From NCBI RefSeq assembly GCF_009914755.1, contig NC_060939.1: a stretch of DNA of 64,000 nt, one strand, 5' to 3'. Of this stretch, positions 57,896 through 64,000 are shown piece after piece. The notes under the pieces were generated by a model. It was not told where the DNA came from and did no database searches. It was given only the letters and a program-made list of their open reading frames with translations. This DNA comes from the human T2T-CHM13v2.0 reference genome, Homo sapiens. Each line of letters begins with the position of its first letter. The stretch's first letter is position 1. The translations under genes were made by a program, and so were the position numbers.

Positions 57896-58186
57896 AGCCA
57901 GGCGCAGTGGCTTATGCCTGTAATCCCAGCACTTTGGGAGGCCAAGGCCAGCGGATTACTTGAGGTCAAGAGTTCGAGACAGCCTGGACAACATGGTGAA
58001 ACCCCGTCTCTACTAAAAATACAAAAATTAGCCGGGCGTGGTGGCGCATGAATCCCAGCTCTACTCGGGAGGCTGAGGCACGAGAATCGCTTGAACCCGC
58101 GAGGCAGAGGTTGCTGCGAGGCAGGATCGCGCCACTGCACTACAGCCTGGGCAGCAGAGAGAGATTCTGACTAAAAAAAAAAAAAA
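57896..58186 (+). mobile_element. AluS
   Basis: Full dimer with A-tail; no TSD visible. Confidence 0.93.
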
Positions 58187-58399
58187 GACATGTAAATGGA
58201 GTTACATTTACATGTCACCACACAAGGGTTATTATTATGTTTATGATATACTTTTTGCAATTAATTTTTCTGTGGCTTTAGATACTGATAAAACCTATTA
58301 AACATCATAACAGTATTTGAATGTGGATATTTAACAGGAACGTTGGATCAAATTTTATAAAATCAAAGAACATTAGGATGTAGTATCTCTTACTTGGTT

Positions 58400-58590
58400 C
58401 CTCTGAGCACTGAGCGCCATGCCAGACACTTTACACACATGATCTCATTTAATTTTCCTAACACCTCCATGAAGTGGGTAGTATTATTTCCATTATATTG
58501 TTAAGAAAACTAAACAGAGACGCAGAATGACTGAACAGGATTCCCCTCTGTTTGATTGAAAAGTCTATGGTCTAACTGGTCCACTTTACT
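58400..58590 (-). mobile_element. MIR
   Basis: gccagacactttacacacatgatctcatttaattttcctaacacctccatgaagtgggta. Confidence 0.75.
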
Positions 58591-60449
58591 GCCGCCTGTG
58601 TAAGTGCCGTAAGTACAAGCAAGAATAACCCACTTCTAAACTACTTAAACCAGAGGATGCTGATCAAATGAAAAACATTTAAGACAAAAAGAATTTCAAA
58701 ACAGAAAGGTTAAATTAAGTAAACGCTAGAGAGGAAAACAATGTAGTATAAGTATTCAGCAAAAGGCTTTTATACAAAGATGTTTTTAGAAAAGAAATGT
58801 GATTCTAAACAGTGTCTCCAATCTAAATTACATGAAAACATTTGAAGACTTGAAGACCAAAATCAAACTGTGCACAAAACAGTGGTACGTAATCCCAGAA
58901 AGATTTAAAACACAAATTTACCAAAATCACAGCTTCTGAATAACAGATTTGAAAACATAAAATAGATACTCACTGCACAAAGACAACTTTGGTTCTTCTT
59001 TGGTAAGACTTTGGCACTTACCAAAACATTATAAATAATGTTAAAAAAAAAAAAAGAACTTCAAATGATTAATCTTAAACTTCACCTTTTCTAAAATTAA
59101 ATGCCTCCAGTCTAAGGACCTGGCTGCTTGGTCTGTAAAGAATTTAATTAGCATTTATAAACTGTCAGTGTAAATATCTTTTCAAGAGACATATATGATG
59201 ATTTTAATTCAAGAAGCCAATTCAGCATTTATAAAAGGTAACTAAATCCGTCAGTATGCCTGTCCATTTTTCCTTTTGCATTAACGAGACTGAGTTTCAT
59301 AATTTAATTCTGAAGCATACAATTCAAGTATGTTCAGATTAATAACAATGTATATATTAATATATTACATATATATTAATATGTTTATCGCAAGATAATT
59401 AAAGTAAGAAAACTGTATCTTCCAGGTTTCAAGAGCAATGAAATTATCAAGTTCATTTAGACCTGATTGTGATTATTTCTCTCTCACCTTGGAATTCTCT
59501 AGGCCCAAAGGGTCCAGAGAAGCAGAGACTGTTGCTTCTGTGTCCCCAGCCTAGTGCAGTGTTTAGCTCATGGTGGGTACACAGTAAATGCTTCTTTAAC
59601 GGATCTGTGCTAGCAAATTCTAGGGTACAAGTTGGATCCCTAGAAAGGTTTCTGCATTTCACCAAGGACAAACATACCTGTATCCTTTAAAAAAAAAAAA
59701 AAAACTCTAAGCTTATTGCAACTTGGGCTTTTTACTCATAGTTCAAACTACTCAACCTACTAAAGGACTGGAAGTGCTTTCAGAATCAACCTACTCAGTT
59801 CGCATCAAGGAGACAGACTGAGAGAGGTGAGGGCATCCCTGAGACCCTTGCCCAGACCTTCTCACTACAAAATTGCTATTCCTCTCTTATGTCTGTGGAG
59901 CTGAGGCCTCACAGGGTGCTCACATGGCAGAAAAAAACAGCTACCTCAAGATAAACAAAAATATCTCTTCTCTGTCCACAATGACCAGCCACCTGTCACA
60001 TTCTCAGAGTGGGGTGACCCAGGCAAACATTGCAGCAATGCTGTGGGCCTCGCTTGATGCCATTGGAGGTGAGCTCGGAGTCCCTCCTCCTTGGCAGCTG
60101 GGAACAAGGAAAGGGGGCAGGTTAAGAAAGGGAACTTGGAGGAACAGAAGGGAAAATCAAAAGGCGGAATCAAATGCAAGAGGCAAGAGATATGTCTGTG
60201 CAGGTCATTAATCAAGCCCTCCAACATGGCCTTGTTGTGTTGTGCTGGGTCTCCCACGGGGATTCCCAGCCCCACGAAGACAAGAGCTATTCTGGAGGAA
60301 GCCATGAGGAACTTCTTTATGCAAAAGCACTCCCTAAATTCCTCACCAGAAGGACGAAAGACATGGTGCGCGTTCTCGAAGAACAGATTGGTGGGAGCTT
60401 ACGTTTCCCTAGGAGGTCACTTTATCGCTGTTTATCTTTGTTTTGACAG

Positions 60450-60489
60450 AGATGTTGCATCAAAAGCAAAGGTTTCTAGAAGCAACAAG
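60450..60489 (+). ncRNA. Candidate 40-nt exon
   Basis: tttatcgctgtttatctttgttttgacAG acceptor; AAG|GTAACT donor. Confidence 0.25.
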
Positions 60490-61534
60490 GTAACTGTCCA
60501 AAGCCCTGGTTAGTTAATCAGATCAGCCCCCAGACATGGGTGTTTCAGACAAGTGGGTTCTGCCTTAGAAGAGGGAGATTTCCAATCAAAATGCGTAATT
60601 AGTGGCTAAACAAGAGATGCGTAGGGCCAGCCAGCTGTAAATGCTAAATGAATGTCCATAGAAGGTCAGAAGTTTACTGAATCTGAACCAGATTCCTGTC
60701 AGGCCACACTATGTCCAGAAACATTTTCTTACCCAGAAAACCTTAGTAGCTTGGATTGCCAAAGTAATTCAAGTGAGGCCTCTGCTCTATCAATGAAATA
60801 TAAAAGTTAGATAGAGCTAATTAATAGTATAAAGCATCACTTAAATTACCTTTCAAGCATTCTCAATTACCTTAGAAGAAGCAATTGACAATCATTTGGT
60901 ATATGAGATATGAATCAACTTTCTCTAATTCATTAAAGCAGGTCCCCCAGAGCCCTGGCCAGACCGTACTTTGATAACCTAGTTTAAGTTATGGAAACAA
61001 TTTGTACCTGAAAGTAATAGAATGGAATTGCCTTAGAAATCCCCTTCCACATAGTCTGCCATTGTACTTTTTTTTTAAACTATACTTTATAGCATTTCTA
61101 TCTTAGAGGAAAAGATACCTGCATTGTACGCAGCTGTCTCAAGCCTGACTTCTTTCCAGTGTTCTCCTGGGCAGACCCCTTTCTTCCCTGGGACTCAGTT
61201 GGCCTCTCTGTAACACGAGGGGCCTCGTCTCTGAAGTTCATTATCACTCTGAGGGTACTTGGTTCCCCATTGCTCCGGCGGCCATCAGACACCTGAATCT
61301 AACCAGCCGCTGCATTGGTGCAAAAATGTTGACTCAAATGTCCACAATCTCTAATGTCAAAACCTCAAAACCTCAAAAACGTCTTAGGCGAATCAGTTTC
61401 TCCAAAGAAAACAAATCTATATTTTTGTCTTGTTTTCTTGGCCTGACTGCCAGGCTGAGCGGAGAGTGTGAGGAAAAAGGCGACTGGGTCCTCCTTCATC
61501 AGAATACTCATTTCTCCTGGGCTTCTCCCCATGC

Positions 61535-62124
61535 TCAGTGCAGCTCCTCAAACAGCTCCTCAAACTGCAGCTCCTCAAACTCCTCAAACTGTCCCTCTGG
61601 GACAGGGCCTGTGTCCCAGAGCTCAGAAACTCTCTGGGTCAATTTCTCCAGGGTCAATTGCCGTCCCAGGTCCCCCACCGCCACCATCCCACACTTAGCC
61701 CTTTCCCCCACCATCTCCTGCCAATTCAGGAGAAGGGATATTAGCAGGCTGCGGAAGGCTGGGGATGTCTTAAATTTGCTCATTTTAAGACTTCGAGTTA
61801 ATCCCCTTGTTTTCAGTTTCATGCAACACTCGGGATTCTCTTTATGAGTGTGCAGCATTCAGATGCTTACTATTGTCGACAGCGTCCCCCATCAAAGCCT
61901 CTGGGTTCCAGGTTTATCCGGTTTGCTAAGTCAATTGCAGTCGTTCCTCCCCTCAGTGTTGTTGACATCTCATCCACCGCGCTTACCTTTGCCGTTCCTC
62001 CACTGGCATTGGGGCGGGGGACGGGAAGAGTGCAGACACATATGGGGTGGAATCTTGCTTCCTTTAACCTGATGCCTCCAGGGTGGAATTCCTTAGGTCG
62101 TTTGACCCTCGCCTCTCTTCCCAT
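61535..62124 (-). CDS. Hypothetical two-exon small ORF (106 aa): 62124-61987 joined to 61717-61535
   Basis: aaaATGG Kozak context; AAG|GTAAGC donor; gctaat branch-like motif + pyrimidines + CAG; phase-0 join fuses two listed ORFs; no homology recognised. Confidence 0.15.
61541..61591 (+). repeat. Short tandem repeat (cag)ctcctcaaa x4
   Basis: Units at 61541, 61553, 61568, 61580 (spacings 12, 15, 12). Confidence 0.9.
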
Positions 62125-62493
62125 TTTTCCCTCCTTGCCTTTTGCCAAGACCCAGAGTCACTCCAGGACCTGCTCTCTTCCTCTCACAGCCTCCTCCCTC
62201 ACTGAGAGGCCTCCCTTAAGATCAGTCCCTCAGAGATCTCTGGGGCTCTGGCCTGTGAGAGAAGCCCTCTCTGCATTTTGGGATTGGCACAGCTGTGGAA
62301 GAGAAGAAACGGTCCAACAACCCGGCTGTGCTGACAAAGCTCTTCAAACACTGTCCTGACCATGAATGAGGCCTCTCTGTCTCCCTCCCTCCCTCCCTCC
62401 CTGTTCCCTTCCTCCCTTCCTCCCATTCTCCCTCCCTTTCCTTCCTTTGTTTTAAATATAAAAAGTTTCATGTACAGAAAGTGTACAAAATCT

Positions 62494-62766
62494 TTTTTTT
62501 TTTTTTTTTTTTTTGAGCCAGGGTGTCGCTATGTCATCCAGGCTGCAGGCTGGAACTCCTAGGTTCAAGCAATCTTCCTGCCTCAGCCTGCTGAGTAGCT
62601 ACGACTACAGGCATGTGCTACCATGCCCGGCCGATTTTTGTGTTTTTCATAGAGATGGATTCTCCCGTGTTGCCCAGGCTGGTCTCCATCTCCTGGCCTC
62701 GAGTAGTCCTCCCATCTCAGCCTCCCAAAGTGCTGGGATTATAGGCATGAGCCACCCCTCCTGGCC
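62494..62766 (-). mobile_element. AluJ with internal deletion
   Basis: poly-T, gagccagggtgtcgc...cctcccaaagtgctgggattataggcatgagccac. Confidence 0.88.
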
Positions 62767-62779
62767 TCCAAATTTATAA

Positions 62780-63720
62780 CTAAAGCCCATCCTTCTCCTA
62801 CCCCTTTCCTTCTCTCACCCTCTCATCCCAGAAATAATCATTTTTCTAGAGTGGGCATGTATAATTTTCATGTATGCCTCATGTATTATGTGCTCACATT
62901 TACATGATCTATATCCTTTGGCAACTTGTTCTTTTCACTCAAAATTTGCGACTTCATTTCTTACAGCTGCTATTTTCATATTCTTTTGCATGTTTTAAAA
63001 TCTGCTGCTGATGGACCATTTCCACATTTTTTTATTTTATTTAAAGTGTTGCGGTGAACATCCTCGTACGCTTATTTCTCTTTTGGCTTAGACTGCATGA
63101 GAGTTCCCTAGGTTGGGTGTCTACAGTGGAACTGCTGTGTTTGGATGCATGTGTTCAGCTGGGGTAGGGCTTGCCAACTTTGTTTCCGAAGTGATTCTCC
63201 TTCCCATCAGCAGGGTTTTACCGTGTGCGTGTCACCGCATCCTGTGAAACATCAGCTGTTCTCAAACTTCCCTTTGTGTGCCAATCTGACAGATGCAACA
63301 GGGCAGCTCACTGTTTCACTTTGCGTGGCAATCAGTCATTTCCAGTTTTCCTGTTCTGTGAATTGTCTGTTCATAGCATTTGCCCATTTTTCTATTGAGT
63401 TGTTTTTTCATATTGAGTTGAAGGACGTCTTCGTATATTCCAAATAATAACCATTTGGCTGTCGTATTGGTTGCAAATATTCCCTCCAACTTTTTGGCTT
63501 GTCATTTAACTTTTTAATGGTCTTTTCTCTCGTAGAAAGTTCTAGCTTCTCAAGAGCATAAGAATATTCTCTTATATTCTTTTCTGTAAATTTTAAAGAA
63601 TTGCTTTGCATGTAGGTCTTTAATATACCTGGTATTTATTTTAGTGTGTAGTATGAGGCAGAAATCCAATTGTTTCTCATATGAATAAATTAATTTCCTG
63701 AGCAATATTTGTCTATCCTT
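62780..63720 (-). mobile_element. L1ME-like fragment
   Basis: ttgcccatttttctattgagttg...ttggttgcaaatattccctcc...gtgtagtatgaggcag. Confidence 0.7.
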
Positions 63721-63729
63721 GCTGACTGC

Positions 63730-64000
63730 AAATTTTTTCATTGAGGTATAAAATTCACATTAACAAGTAACTATTTAAAAATGTACAATTCAGCAGTATT
63801 TAGTGCATTCATATGCTGTGCAACCACTACCTCTCTCTAGTTCCACAACTTTTTCATCCTAAAAGAACACCCCATAACTTTTTTTTTATGGTAATCATTG
63901 CCTTGATTTTCTTTCTTTTTTTTTTTTTTTTTTTAAGTTCCGGTATTAAGTCCAACACACATTAGCTCTTTTCCCTAATGTTCTCTCCACTCCTACCCTC
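63730..64000 (-). mobile_element. L1MB-like 3' fragment followed by younger L1PA-like 3' end (cut by window edge)
   Basis: ttgaggtataaaattcacat...aaaatgtacaattcagc...tgtgcaaccactacc; poly-T then cattagctcttttccctaatg. Confidence 0.65.

Noticed and set aside
61119-61292. 174-nt open, phase-0 minus-strand exon candidate (VSDGRRS...LRTMQ)
   Set aside because: Acceptor lacks a pyrimidine tract and has upstream AGs; donor GTATCT is weak.
61541-61591. Repeat array considered as CRISPR-like
   Set aside because: Units are 9-15 bp and contiguous with no unique spacers; eukaryotic context; no cas genes.
61326-61847. 173-aa ORF (+) with CSSSNSSSN repeat
   Set aside because: Alternative reading of the same 12-bp tandem repeat; no domain or splice support; several frames are open here because the repeat lacks stops.
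62008-62020. Adjacent CCAAT (minus) and GC box ggggcggggg as a promoter
   Set aside because: Single isolated motifs without a CpG island; overlaps the candidate exon; kept only as an alternative explanation for that region.

Overview
Primate (most likely human) genomic DNA: AluY/S/J, L1, L2, MIR, CR1, MaLR/ERVL/ERV1 LTRs and DNA-transposon fossils cover much of the window. I recognise no known protein-coding exon, tRNA, rRNA or CRISPR array. The ORF track is essentially chance or repeat-derived, so the window reads as intergenic or deep intronic, and I cannot name the locus. Best-supported structures: (1) a deep nest at 4.85-11.74 kb, where an LTR33/ERVL remnant (integrase + dUTPase) surrounds a Charlie-type hAT transposase fossil that was itself hit by 2 L1s and 4 Alus; (2) a second hAT (Zaphod-like) nest at 16.0-19.4 kb; (3) a Ricksha (MULE) element carrying a captured ERVL/MLT2 piece; (4) a consensus CTCF core at ~57.28 kb. 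Speculative but checkable: a plus-strand multi-exon non-coding transcript (TATA at 20311 plus four candidate internal exons, one using an LTR-derived branch point), a minus-strand TATA/CCAAT promoter at ~1.5 kb, and a minus-strand two-exon 106-aa small ORF at 61535-62124. No new biological system is firmly supported. Repeat family names come from recalled consensus sequences, not from a search, and boundaries of old repeats are approximate.
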